Source: a virus
Reading direction: 5' to 3' (one strand)
Length of the DNA stretch: 64,000 nt
Virus record (IMG/VR): IMGVR_UViG_3300046779_001269
Coordinates: 112,025 to 176,024 of that record
Shown: piece by piece, positions 50,420-60,058 of the stretch
Position numbering within the stretch: the stretch's first letter is position 1
Layout of the letters: the number at the start of each line of letters is the position of its first letter
Program-made: the position numbers and the translations under genes
Notes under the pieces: generated by a model
What the model was told of the DNA's origin: nothing
Database searches by the model: none
The model's input: only the letters and a program-made list of their open reading frames with translations

Positions 50420-50632
50420 TCATTCTTCAACTCCGAAATGTTCTAGGATAACTTTGGACACACGGTAAGCATCTTTGAGACTGATATCGGTTCGTTTATA
50501 AAAATTAATATATGCACATTCCTGGACAATCAACTCAGCGAACTTTTCCAAAATCCAATATTCAGTTTCATCCACTAATTTCAAATTATAAATGCCAGCC
50601 TGTTCAGCAAGTTGTTTAATTCGTGCGTTCAT
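50420..50632 (-). CDS. MNERIK family paralog 3
   Basis: MNARIKQLAEQA...EKFAELIVQECA...HFGVEE. Confidence 0.85.
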   Translation of the reverse strand: MNARIKQLAEQAGIYNLKLVDETEYWILEKFAELIVQECAYINFYKRTDISLKDAYRVSKVILEHFGVEE

Positions 50633-50682
50633 TTCTTTACTCCAAACTGTTGGTTGTCAATTGAAAAAGTGGTGCTCACTAC

Positions 50683-50865
50683 TTATTTCTCAACTCGAAC
50701 ACATAAGGGCGTTTTCATAACAGTGCTCCAACGAGCATCCTCAAGAGCCTTTTGGACGACCAAAGCATTCTGCTTACACTTGGTTTCTGTTGTAAATTCG
50801 GGTCCAATGATTGCTGTGCCACCATGAGCATTAATTACAATCATCAACCAAACTACTGTGCCCAT
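50683..50865 (-). CDS. small exported protein
   Basis: hydrophobic N-terminus, F.T...C...C pattern; SD CAGGAG. Confidence 0.55.
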   Translation of the reverse strand: MGTVVWLMIVINAHGGTAIIGPEFTTETKCKQNALVVQKALEDARWSTVMKTPLCVRVEK

Positions 50866-50897
50866 ATCAAACTCCTGTTTTATTACTGTATGTGTAT

Positions 50898-50926
50898 ATT
50901 ATACAACCAAAATCAATTTGAGTCAA
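50898..50926 (-). promoter_or_regulatory. sigma70-type promoter TTGACT-17-TATAAT
   Basis: -35 at 50926-50921, -10 at 50903-50898. Confidence 0.65.
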
Positions 50927-50927
50927 T

Positions 50928-51164
50928 TCAGCAAAAAGTATTACTTTTCTCCAACTCCACTTCTCGTTCAATATAGGTTTTTGTTGCCATCTTTAACACA
51001 ACTGCGGCGCTATGACGCCACATATCCTCACGCATACCCAAATAACTCAACCCCAGTGCCTTGAAAGCATTATCAAGTCCATCGTAGTCAAGTGTAGGTG
51101 CCGCAAGATGAAACTCTTTAGCACGGTGCTTAAACTCTTCCCAGGAACATTCCAGGGTGCTCAT
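50928..51164 (-). CDS. hypothetical protein
   Basis: translationally coupled to paralog 4 by ATGA. Confidence 0.6.
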   Translation of the reverse strand: MSTLECSWEEFKHRAKEFHLAAPTLDYDGLDNAFKALGLSYLGMREDMWRHSAAVVLKMATKTYIEREVELEKSNTFC

Positions 51165-51475
51165 TCTTTAACTCCGAAATTTTCCATAAGTTTCAACGCC
51201 GCATCTGGATAGTCCAAATCGTCAGTTAGGAAATCAGCACACTCTAGCACAATCAACTCGGCGAACTTTTGTTCAAACACATCATTACAATCATCCACAC
51301 GGTTTTCTAGTGTAAGAGCATACATTCTAGCCTGTTCAGCAAGTCTACGAATTCGTGCTGCGGCCAACGACTTATTACGAACCTTTACAAACGCATCATA
51401 GTTTTCTTTGGTGCCTATACCATAACCACCATCACCTGCATGTATATCACTGCCTGCTTTAATTCGTTCGTTCAT
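51161..51475 (-). CDS. MNERIK family paralog 4 (N-terminal insertion, duplicated RI block)
   Basis: MNERIK-[~34 aa]-RIRRLAEQA...QKFAELIVLECA...NFGVKE. Confidence 0.8.
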   Translation of the reverse strand: MNERIKAGSDIHAGDGGYGIGTKENYDAFVKVRNKSLAAARIRRLAEQARMYALTLENRVDDCNDVFEQKFAELIVLECADFLTDDLDYPDAALKLMENFGVKE

Positions 51476-51729
51476 TCTTCAACTCCGAAATGTGCCTTCA
51501 TCAAGCCTGTTACGGCTTCTAATGTTTTTAAGTATGTTTGTCGGTCATAATCTGGAGGAATATCCGCATTACTAGCGTGAGCAATCTTTTCCATGATTTC
51601 CACACAATAGAAACATTCCCCTACAATCAACTCGGCAAACTTTTCCTGGTTCACATAACGATTAGCAAACGATCCATCAATTGATTCTTGTGCGCATTGT
51701 GCCAACAGTTCTTTAATTCGTTCATTCAT
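51472..51729 (-). CDS. MNERIK family paralog 5
   Basis: MNERIKELLAQC...EKFAELIVGEC...HFGVEE. Confidence 0.85.
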   Translation of the reverse strand: MNERIKELLAQCAQESIDGSFANRYVNQEKFAELIVGECFYCVEIMEKIAHASNADIPPDYDRQTYLKTLEAVTGLMKAHFGVEE

Positions 51730-52297
51730 GTTTTACTCCATACATCAACATCATGGCATCCAGCAAACAATCATCAATTGGATTATGTTTGGTAATTTCC
51801 ATCTTTGAATTCCAACCTGGATAATCCACATCAGTATAACCATCTTGTGTGTTGTATAGAAAATCAACAGCAGTTCTTACATCACGCCAACGATTGAAAT
51901 ACCATATTGGTGTCAATCCACATTGTTCTTCAATATCATCTAACACCAATTGGTCTAAGTTACCACGAGCCCACACCCAACACTTTGGATCATTCTTTGA
52001 TTCTGCCCATTTACGCATGGCTTCATAACCATCCTCAAACACACAATCAATCTCATTGGGCACAAATGAAACCTTTTTCACATTGTCGCATTGTTTCTTC
52101 CACCATTCCATAGTGGACTTACCCATGTGCCGGTTCAATCGTGTATGTTGGTCTTTAACATCAAACTTGGCATAGAAAGCATCATCACGCATTTGTTGTG
52201 GTGATGGCTTTTCATCAGGATTGAAATAGATAGCGGCCATTGATAGAATGACCGAATCAGATTTCTTACCAAGTGTCTCAACATCAAAGACAAACAT
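51722..52297 (-). CDS. DEDDh 3'-5' exonuclease (DexA-like)
   Basis: FDVETLG, WARG..D, WRDVRT, HNPIDDC..D. Confidence 0.8.
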   Translation of the reverse strand: MFVFDVETLGKKSDSVILSMAAIYFNPDEKPSPQQMRDDAFYAKFDVKDQHTRLNRHMGKSTMEWWKKQCDNVKKVSFVPNEIDCVFEDGYEAMRKWAESKNDPKCWVWARGNLDQLVLDDIEEQCGLTPIWYFNRWRDVRTAVDFLYNTQDGYTDVDYPGWNSKMEITKHNPIDDCLLDAMMLMYGVKHE

Positions 52298-52611
52298 TAT
52301 ACATTTCCTAATCCAATTCTTGAATAACCAGTCATCACCTTAACTTCCGGATACTTCTTTGGTTTATTTGGCCAGTCCCGTGGGTCTACTGTTTCTCCAG
52401 TTAGTTCATATCTAAAGTCAGGATCATAAACCATGTGACCATATGATTTTGGAATTACTTTACCATCTCTATAAACGAATATACACCCACGTTGCATACA
52501 GAATGAAGTTCCTCTTTCAGTCCATACATTACCATTCACCGTACCAATGTATTTGACTACATTGCCTTTGTACATTTCATCAATGGCTTCATGCCAATTC
52601 ATAAATCCCAC
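52297..52611 (-). CDS. hypothetical protein
   Basis: 104 aa ORF in packed operon. Confidence 0.55.
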   Translation of the reverse strand: MGFMNWHEAIDEMYKGNVVKYIGTVNGNVWTERGTSFCMQRGCIFVYRDGKVIPKSYGHMVYDPDFRYELTGETVDPRDWPNKPKKYPEVKVMTGYSRIGLGNV

Positions 52612-52787
52612 TCACAGGTTGCAAACCAAACAGCTGACGGAACACTTTTTGTGTTTTCATAATCTTCAAGAAATGAAACCATAAATTCATACTCAAGTCC
52701 ACATTCTCTTGCCCATGCAAGAGTTTTCAGTAAACCATCAACCTCATTCAACTTTTTTGCATATTCATCATTTATATCGGTCATCAT
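52599..52787 (-). CDS. hypothetical protein
   Basis: 62 aa, ends A..EWDL. Confidence 0.55.
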   Translation of the reverse strand: MMTDINDEYAKKLNEVDGLLKTLAWARECGLEYEFMVSFLEDYENTKSVPSAVWFATCEWDL

Positions 52788-52914
52788 TCGCTCGCAACAA
52801 TAAAACCCATGATAACAGTTACCATGGCCAGTTCATATTGATTATACATCAAAGAGATTGCCAACACAATAGTGGCGAACAATAAGTACCAAAATTTAAT
52901 TGCGTTTTCATGCA

Positions 52915-53112
52915 TTAACTATAATCTCCTTGCAAGAACGACCACACATAATCAATAACACTTTGACGTTGTTTATCTGTGCCTTGATAAACTTCAAGTG
53001 GTGTTTTCATTCCAAAATGCCAGTTTGGACTTATCCACCATTGTTCAACCAATTCTTGGCGACCAAGCAATGATAACAACCATTTATCAATATCTGATTT
53101 AACAAATGTCAT
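52915..53112 (-). CDS. Xre/MbcA/ParS antitoxin C-terminal-like domain protein
   Basis: LLG..ELVEQWW.SPN.HFGMKTPLEV.......V..YV matches the W...PN..(L/F)G..TP.E pattern. Confidence 0.5.
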   Translation of the reverse strand: MTFVKSDIDKWLLSLLGRQELVEQWWISPNWHFGMKTPLEVYQGTDKQRQSVIDYVWSFLQGDYS

Positions 53113-53393
53113 TACAACCTCGCATCATTCAAAATGAAAAACGGCATATCATCAATCCAAACATCAATCGAAATGCCAGCGGCAAACATAAAGTCATGTT
53201 TGTTCTTTCGTGAAGTAAAGTATATCGCCTCAACTTGGTGTGCGAGATACTTCACAACTTCATCACCCTCAGCAGGTGTTCTCATGGTAACAACATACAC
53301 CTTATGACCATGGCGTTTTGCAACATCAATGAATGTGTCCCAAAAAACATTGTCTCTGGTATAAGTGTTATCATAGTCCAAACTCAGATTCAC
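53112..53393 (-). CDS. minimal HAD-family phosphatase
   Basis: LDYDNT (DxDxT), VVT.R, K, WIDD. Confidence 0.7.
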   Translation of the reverse strand: MNLSLDYDNTYTRDNVFWDTFIDVAKRHGHKVYVVTMRTPAEGDEVVKYLAHQVEAIYFTSRKNKHDFMFAAGISIDVWIDDMPFFILNDARL

Positions 53394-53794
53394 AACAATC
53401 TCGCAAACAAGTGGTCAATGTTATATTCAAACCGTGCGGCCATTTTGCCCAACACCTCATCAGGTACATTATGGATATTTCCAAACTGTCCTTGTGCCAA
53501 TAGAACCTGTGGTTTAATCCCAAACTCTTTTGCAATGTCAAAGTAAGGCAACAACTCAAATGCTGTGGTGAATGTATTGGACACCACAACAGATTGTCCC
53601 ATATTCAACATGGATTTGGTTTTATCTTGGCACCATTGGTGTGCTTCTTTGATACGAGACATATCAAATTTGTATTCATCACCATCCATCCAAAACTGGT
53701 CAGTTTCAACATGCCAATACCAACCAATCAGGTTCTTTGCAATAGTGGACTTACCTGAACCAGGCAAACCACGAATCAATACCAAGCCTGTCAT
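53390..53794 (-). CDS. P-loop kinase (AAA_33 / PNK kinase-like)
   Basis: LIRGLPGSGKST, ETDQF, AHQWCQ, VVVSNTFT, NIHNVP. Confidence 0.8.
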   Translation of the reverse strand: MTGLVLIRGLPGSGKSTIAKNLIGWYWHVETDQFWMDGDEYKFDMSRIKEAHQWCQDKTKSMLNMGQSVVVSNTFTTAFELLPYFDIAKEFGIKPQVLLAQGQFGNIHNVPDEVLGKMAARFEYNIDHLFARLL

Positions 53795-54198
53795 ACTAAT
53801 TCAACCTTTGCACAAAATTTATTTTTCCAACTACGGTATGCCAAACGGACAAAACCAGGTTCTTCATGTCGCATACGGTCTTTGGTAACCATAACCGCAG
53901 CTGTGGTACCAATAAACAATGATAATGCACCAATGATTATAAAGAAACCGATTGTTCCGCTTTCTAAGATATAACCAAGAAACAACCAACCAATTAAATT
54001 GCCTATGGAGTATAATGCAAAACCACCAAACGCCAAAACAAAAGATGATACAGCTAAAAACCAGAATAAACCGTACATAACATAACGAATATATGAACAA
54101 ATGTCCGTTGAATCATATACACGGCTGCCACCATGGTCAACACCAAAGTTGGCCAACTTGTAATGCCAAGAATCTTTTTTCAATTGAAATGTTTTCAT
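53791..54198 (-). CDS. membrane protein
   Basis: SWHYKLA, DICSY.R, two TM helices, K.KFC. Confidence 0.65.
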   Translation of the reverse strand: MKTFQLKKDSWHYKLANFGVDHGGSRVYDSTDICSYIRYVMYGLFWFLAVSSFVLAFGGFALYSIGNLIGWLFLGYILESGTIGFFIIIGALSLFIGTTAAVMVTKDRMRHEEPGFVRLAYRSWKNKFCAKVELV

Positions 54199-54301
54199 TT
54201 TACTTCCTTACTATAAAGCCAACGGCGAAATCTTGTTGATACTGTGGTTGCAACATTCACACCAATAATTACAACCACTAACATAATCAAAATAGTTTCA
54301 A

Positions 54302-54517
54302 TCATTCTTCAACTCCGAATTGTTGTCTAATATATCCACCAGCAGATTTGCCATTGGTTGCTTTATGATGTGTTTGGTCCGCAAGATAACTACATTCTTT
54401 AATAATCAACTCGGCGAACTTTTCTAAAAATACATCCAGTTCTTTATAGTTGAGGTCAAAGAAATTGCCATGGTGGTTGTTAGCCTGCATAGCAAGTTTT
54501 TCAATTCGTTCGTTCAT
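54302..54517 (-). CDS. MNERIK family paralog 6
   Basis: MNERIEKLAMQA...EKFAELIIKECS...QFGVEE; start at 54517. Confidence 0.85.
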   Translation of the reverse strand: MNERIEKLAMQANNHHGNFFDLNYKELDVFLEKFAELIIKECSYLADQTHHKATNGKSAGGYIRQQFGVEE

Positions 54518-54521
54518 AATA

Positions 54522-55406
54522 TTAACCACAAATTGTATACTCAGCAAGGTTACGCCAATTGGCACCTGCATTGGCACGGATCTTGGTAACTTGGATCAAG
54601 GTACGCAGCGACAACTCTTTCACCTTGTCTTGCAATTCTTCAATCAATGCAATGGCATCATCTTTGAATTGTTTGTTGGTTGTAGGCATGAATTCACCAG
54701 ATTGGAGAATAAAACGCATACGCTCAACCTTTTGTTGTGTGGTCATGGACAGGTCCACGGCCATAGAGCGTGTGATAATTGCTTGGTCAATTTGTGTTGA
54801 CGCCAAATTGGAGATAAACACCACACGGCCTTTGAATTCAAAGGTTGTAGGCAAATCTTCGTCTTTGATATCGGCACGCCATGAAATGATACGGCGTGAA
54901 TAGGAATCCAATGCACCTTTCAACAGGTTTAAGGATACTGGATCTTTCAATACGGAATCACAATCATCAAACACAATCACGCCATCTTTGTTTTCATACA
55001 ACAAACGGTACAAACCTTTAGGTGTAGAATAACCTTTGACAACAACGAATTTGTTTTTGGCTGTCTTGGTGCCAACTTCAAACGAATCGTCCAGAATGGA
55101 CATATCTTTGAAACCATTGGCTTCTAGTGTTTTGGTCACGGTATAAGACTTACCAAGACCACCAGGACCAGTGATAATAACAGAGGGTTGAGCACCTTTG
55201 CACAACATGGTTACCATGTCACCAACGAAACCAAAACGCTCATTGATAGAGAATCGGGATTCTTGTGGTGCGGACGCTTCAGCGGCACTACCTTGCACAC
55301 CTGCCTTACGCAACACATAATCCATATGCTCTTTTTTGGTGCGCTTAACAGTTTTGCCGTTAATGGTTGCAACATATTTGCCGTTTACGAATGTAACCTG
55401 TGTCAT
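54522..55406 (-). CDS. AAA+ ATPase
   Basis: GPGGLGKS, VIVFDDCDSV, NLLKGALD, FEFKGRVVFISN. Confidence 0.8.
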   Translation of the reverse strand: MTQVTFVNGKYVATINGKTVKRTKKEHMDYVLRKAGVQGSAAEASAPQESRFSINERFGFVGDMVTMLCKGAQPSVIITGPGGLGKSYTVTKTLEANGFKDMSILDDSFEVGTKTAKNKFVVVKGYSTPKGLYRLLYENKDGVIVFDDCDSVLKDPVSLNLLKGALDSYSRRIISWRADIKDEDLPTTFEFKGRVVFISNLASTQIDQAIITRSMAVDLSMTTQQKVERMRFILQSGEFMPTTNKQFKDDAIALIEELQDKVKELSLRTLIQVTKIRANAGANWRNLAEYTICG

Positions 55407-55432
55407 GTGTGTCCTAATCAATCAATACAAGT

Positions 55433-55480
55433 ATTCTAACACAACCACGCAAAATGGCAACCTAATACTTTAGTTCTCCA
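55433..55480 (-). promoter_or_regulatory. 16-bp-spacer early promoter with upstream palindrome
   Basis: TGGAGAACTAAAGTATTAGG-TTGCCA-16-TAGAAT. Confidence 0.7.
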
Positions 55481-55496
55481 TTGTGGAGGTCAACTA

Positions 55497-55694
55497 TTAT
55501 ACTGCAACACCCGTAGCAAGGTGGACGGTGGCGGGACCAAATAGGACTCTGGTAGTCAACCAAACAAGGTCTCCGTCTAACCCCTGACCGTCCAGGTGAC
55601 AGATATCATCGTCCACATTCCATGGTTGACCCAATAGGAAACGGAGTGCCGAATCCAATGCAAAATCTTCGGCATATGATAATTCTAAATCCAT
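55497..55694 (-). CDS. hypothetical protein
   Basis: 65 aa; SD AAAGGA. Confidence 0.55.
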   Translation of the reverse strand: MDLELSYAEDFALDSALRFLLGQPWNVDDDICHLDGQGLDGDLVWLTTRVLFGPATVHLATGVAV

Positions 55695-55704
55695 GGTTTA
55701 TCCT

Positions 55705-56001
55705 TTAATGTAGTTTTCGTGTGGTATCAACACCATTCAAAGCATCAACAATTTGTTGTTGTGCTTCTTCAGGCATATCCATAATATCTTCAACACTCAA
55801 CAATCGTGCTTCTGACATAAGTTGGCTAGATGTTTTGCCTGCAAACATTTCCATAATCTCCGCTTTCAAGGCATCCAATTCTTCTTGTGTGCCTTCAAAA
55901 TGGTCAAAACAACCAGGTGCAAACACAATCTCTGGTATTGTATCGCCTTTATCTTCAATATCTTCTGCCACTTTTTCAGCAATTTCTTTTTTACGCCACA
56001 T
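55705..56001 (-). CDS. acidic hypothetical protein
   Basis: FAPGCFD.FEGTQEELD. Confidence 0.65.
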   Translation of the reverse strand: MWRKKEIAEKVAEDIEDKGDTIPEIVFAPGCFDHFEGTQEELDALKAEIMEMFAGKTSSQLMSEARLLSVEDIMDMPEEAQQQIVDALNGVDTTRKLH

Positions 56002-56426
56002 TAGATTCTCTCCACAACAATCTTATCACCCATATCATCACCAAAGGACATATTTTCATAATGCACTTTGACCAAGCCTTTACGCTCTAATGATACAATA
56101 ATCAAAAATGAAATCAATTGGTTGGTCCTATCGGTAATCATATCAACACTTTCACCACCACCAAGACCTTCAGCACCAGCCAACATTTCAGCTATTAACA
56201 ATAGGTCACTAAATCGTTCATTAGGTTCACCATCATTGGCTTCAACCACATCCATTAGATTGTGCAAATCAGTATCGGATAATTTCTTAAAGAAATCACC
56301 AACCTGCATATATGGCCGTGCCATCAAATCAACTGCCAATAACTTCGTGACAGCCAAACAATCCTGTGATTGAATCACTTTGGCGTGGTCAACCGAATAA
56401 CTACTCATATCAAACATATCATTCAC
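56001..56426 (-). CDS. hypothetical protein
   Basis: 141 aa; SLERKGLV. Confidence 0.6.
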   Translation of the reverse strand: MNDMFDMSSYSVDHAKVIQSQDCLAVTKLLAVDLMARPYMQVGDFFKKLSDTDLHNLMDVVEANDGEPNERFSDLLLIAEMLAGAEGLGGGESVDMITDRTNQLISFLIIVSLERKGLVKVHYENMSFGDDMGDKIVVERI

Positions 56427-56679
56427 CTTTTATACCAAACAAAGCATCACCAGCATCCTTAGGGAATGTGGAACCATACTGTGCAACACGCTCAGTATCT
56501 TCATCAACATTCAAACCTGGTACATAACTGATATAATAGCGAATGCCATCATATTCATCATCAGTTCTTGCAATACCAACACATCCAAACATATTGGTAA
56601 ACCATAAGATATCCAAAACTTTCATAATATTATCCTCAAAGGGGCTACACCGTGGATTATAGACCAACTATAAACCTTG

Positions 56680-57045
56680 TCAAGCCCCAACATATGGTAA
56701 AAAATCATCTGGTATCATTACATTCAAACTAACACCCTTGAACATGGGACCAATCTGGTCGGGTGTGTAACCGGCAAGACCACAACCAATAGGGGTGAGT
56801 TGAAATGTTAAATGTGGGTGATTCTTTGCATATTCTATGAAATGATCCACGAATATCTTAATGCTAGGTAATGGTAATGTTTCAATATTGGCATCTTTGG
56901 TTGGTATACCATACGAATCGCCTTGCATACCAACACCTTGACCATAAATGGCCCCCCTGTTTTCTAATGCCCATTTGGCGGCACCAGCACCGTGGCGACC
57001 AGCAAGATTGGAACCAAACACAAAAATGATTCTTTGTTCATTCAT
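56680..57045 (-). CDS. macrodomain-like phage protein
   Basis: IFVFGSNLAGRHGAGAA, SYGIPTK, TPIGCGLAG. Confidence 0.65.
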   Translation of the reverse strand: MNEQRIIFVFGSNLAGRHGAGAAKWALENRGAIYGQGVGMQGDSYGIPTKDANIETLPLPSIKIFVDHFIEYAKNHPHLTFQLTPIGCGLAGYTPDQIGPMFKGVSLNVMIPDDFLPYVGA

Positions 57046-57340
57046 ACATTAACTCCAAAACGACCTTCATCATAGGCCTTATACCAACCCTCGATCCATT
57101 CATACCAGTAACAGAGTATGTCTGGGTGAATGCCATGATGTGGATTGTGTGTTTGCGGCAGACCATTCATACAAGCGATATAGCCTTGTCCTTTGGGAGA
57201 ATTTATTAGAATCGCCATTATTCAACTCCAAAACAGTTTTTTAACAAAACTGAAAATAATCATAAAAATGGTAAAGTAAGCCGCCGCACCAATCATCAGT
57301 AGGTACGCAACAGCCCACCATCCTGCCTTATCACCTTCAC

Positions 57341-57583
57341 TCACGATTCAACTCCGAAATGTTCTTCAATATATTCCCTTGCCGAGGCACATCCATTGGC
57401 TTCTTTCATATACCCATGTGTTTCATATCCAACAGCCGCAACATCACACATACGCATACATTCACGCACAATGGACTCAACGAACTTTTCCAATTCATCG
57501 TTGTCAAATACAGTTAGTCCATCATCGTCATTATCAGGATGTTTAAGAGCCTGTTCAACAAGTGCTTTAATCCGTTCGTTCAT
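57341..57583 (-). CDS. MNERIK family paralog 7 (an in-frame upstream start at 57685 is possible)
   Basis: MNERIKALVEQA...EKFVESIVREC...HFGVES. Confidence 0.8.
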   Translation of the reverse strand: MNERIKALVEQALKHPDNDDDGLTVFDNDELEKFVESIVRECMRMCDVAAVGYETHGYMKEANGCASAREYIEEHFGVES

Positions 57584-57958
57584 CTTGATAAATCTTCCTA
57601 CATTCTTACCGATTTTGACAATTTTTAGTTCCTGACCTATGGTAATACCACCATGTTTGTCAAGCGTTTTAAATTGTTCGTTCATACTCTGATACCAAAC
57701 TCAATTAATAAAATGATTAGAACGGCCATAATTAACAATCTGGATCAAAATCATGCCATTCGGCCTGCTCTGTTGGTTGACCATCATCCAAATCATTTTC
57801 ACGGATGTATTGGTTCATACCGTTGGTGTAACCTTCCTCATACTGAGCAAACTCAGCAGTATCAAAATCGTATGGGTTCAGGTTATCGCCAGTGGTATAA
57901 CCATCCACATAACCTTCGTCATATTGTTTTGTCATCAATTCATTCATAATAATCTCCA

Positions 57959-58183
57959 TTAGTCCAACAAAATCATGTATTCTTGTGGGAAGTGTTTGCG
58001 AAACCAATCCAAACCTTTCCTTACAGTCTTATAATCACCCATCATATTGGCGCCGCTGATACAATCATACACGGCAACAGCATCAGGTTCCAAGATACAG
58101 GACTGGCCAGAAAATGGATTCTTTACTTCAACTGGTTCTTTATCAAAAACCATACAATCAAAGGGTAATTTGCGCTCTGTCAT
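57959..58183 (-). CDS. hypothetical protein
   Basis: NPFSG....L...AVAVYD.I.GA...GLDWFR..FP.EYMILLD. Confidence 0.65.
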   Translation of the reverse strand: MTERKLPFDCMVFDKEPVEVKNPFSGQSCILEPDAVAVYDCISGANMMGDYKTVRKGLDWFRKHFPQEYMILLD

Positions 58184-58557
58184 TTCTTGCCTTTCAATTT
58201 CAAATATTCATCATCATCTAAATCACGGAGGCCATTGCATGGTTTATTAATGGCCTTTTGTGTTGCACGGTTGCCTAGTCTAATCAACCCACAACGGCCA
58301 CAATATACAAACATACCCTTGGCATTCATGGTACGGTTGAAATTGTGGCCTTGCATCAATCCCACCCAACTGCTTTGGATGCACCAACCAATTCACCATC
58401 GGTCATGGTTGACTTTAATTCAGCAAATCGGTGAGCAAAGTGTTGACCAACTTCACCACACATCCACTTGCTGCCAAGTGGTTCAAAACGGTTCATTTGC
58501 AACAACTGCTCATAACTGGCAGTATCAATAAATGCTTTCATTTCCTGTTCTGTCATA

Positions 58558-58950
58558 TTACCACCACGAATCATAATAAACGGCATCACCTTCAGCAATG
58601 GCATCACGAGCAGCCTGAATGAATTTCAAATCATTGCTCAGTGATTCATTATCTGGTGGATTATCACCAAAGAAGAAACCAGTGGTTTGGGGCAACATAT
58701 TATTCAATAGGTCAAACATTAAGGCATCCAAATCATGTGGATACAACCGAACCTTCACACAATTAAATGATTGTGCTGTACCGCCTTTGTTACGGTACAA
58801 CTTCTCCATCCAACCATGCAGGTCGTGGTGTTTACGCCAATACCACAATTCTTCAATATCACGCTCACGACCATCTTCATCACCACGGATGGTTAGGTCA
58901 TCAATCACATCATTGGCAGCAACACGCCAAACAAACATATCTAAACCCAT
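58558..58950 (-). CDS. conserved phage early protein
   Basis: MGLDMF...YWRK..DLHGWM...LP.T.GFFFG...YYDSWW. Confidence 0.7.
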   Translation of the reverse strand: MGLDMFVWRVAANDVIDDLTIRGDEDGRERDIEELWYWRKHHDLHGWMEKLYRNKGGTAQSFNCVKVRLYPHDLDALMFDLLNNMLPQTTGFFFGDNPPDNESLSNDLKFIQAARDAIAEGDAVYYDSWW

Positions 58951-59024
58951 TTTATTCTCCATATTGTTTCTCTGAAAAGACAAAAGTGGACTTATTGGCA
59001 TTGCCACCTTTGGTCACTCGGTTA

Positions 59025-59537
59025 TTACTTCAACACAATACCATCGTGGTTGTATTTCTTCTTCAAGAATGCCAAGCAGGCTTCTGGTGTAGGACGGGCA
59101 GCTTCTTGCTTGCCATTCCACATTGCAACCCACTTATTACGGTCAGCACGGTAGAACACGGTGCCATCAGGATGCACGGTCTTGCTGCCTTTGACAATAG
59201 AACCAACCTTGGTATTGCCAACTTGGGAAATAACCAGTTTTGCCTTTGCCATGCGCTTGGCAGCAGGTTTGGCTTTCATTGCCTTAACTGGTTTTTCATC
59301 ACTCACCACAATAACAGGTGATTTAGCTTCAAACTTAGGACCAGTCAATGGACCGCACCATGGGAAGAAACCAACGGCGGTCTTGTCTTTATTGTCTAAC
59401 GCATCATTCATATCAAGGCCACACATACCCCATTGGTCGGTTTCTGCATTGTACCAACGATATGCCTTGCCTTGCTTGTCACGGTCGACCAAATACAAAG
59501 CCGATGCCGTAGGGTTACCAGAAGTCACAAAATCCAT
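59025..59537 (-). CDS. hypothetical protein with Lys/Ala-rich linker
   Basis: SD GGAG; follows promoter at 59560. Confidence 0.7.
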   Translation of the reverse strand: MDFVTSGNPTASALYLVDRDKQGKAYRWYNAETDQWGMCGLDMNDALDNKDKTAVGFFPWCGPLTGPKFEAKSPVIVVSDEKPVKAMKAKPAAKRMAKAKLVISQVGNTKVGSIVKGSKTVHPDGTVFYRADRNKWVAMWNGKQEAARPTPEACLAFLKKKYNHDGIVLK

Positions 59538-59559
59538 AATATCTCCAACTAAAACATCA

Positions 59560-59621
59560 ATTATACACGATTCCTAGGTTTTGGCAAACTAATACCAAAG
59601 TATTACAACCAATCCGGTCAA
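59560..59621 (-). promoter_or_regulatory. 16-bp-spacer early promoter with extended upstream module
   Basis: TTGACCGGATTGGTTGTAATACTTTGGTATTAGT-TTGCCA-16-TATAAT. Confidence 0.7.
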
Positions 59622-59812
59622 GTATTATTTTGCTGCAAATCGCTCCATCACGGTTGGTGTATACAATCGCTCGGTCAACAGGTTGTGCTCGGTTGCACTC
59701 AATACCTTACCGCATTGGGTTTGTGCCAATACATTCAAACCATAATTATTGAATTTATTGCCTGACAATTCAAACAACATCATATCCCAAAAAGTTGTAT
59801 TCACATTTTCCA

Positions 59813-60058
59813 TCATTTAACTCCAATTCCTAATTTGTTTGCCTTGAACCATTCCAATTGTGAAACGGCTTCATCGTGCCCATGCCATGCCAAATTATCC
59901 TGACATTCCCTTACAACCAACTCGGTGAACAAGTCCAGGTCAAAGTGCCGGGTCACTGATACCGACTTAATAGTAGGATCAACCTCAGAACTAAAATATT
60001 CTTGGTGCCGTTCTATATGAGCCTGCTCATACAGTTTTTTGATTAATTCATTCATCAT
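59813..60058 (-). CDS. MNERIK family paralog 8 (divergent)
   Basis: MNELIKKLYEQA...DLFTELVVREC...LGIGVK. Confidence 0.7.
   Translation of the reverse strand: MMNELIKKLYEQAHIERHQEYFSSEVDPTIKSVSVTRHFDLDLFTELVVRECQDNLAWHGHDEAVSQLEWFKANKLGIGVK

Noticed and set aside
49093-60058. CRISPR array or DGR explanation for the dispersed repeats
   Set aside because: Repeats are coding, of three types and irregularly spaced; no cas operon, reverse transcriptase or adenine-specific TR/VR pair was seen.
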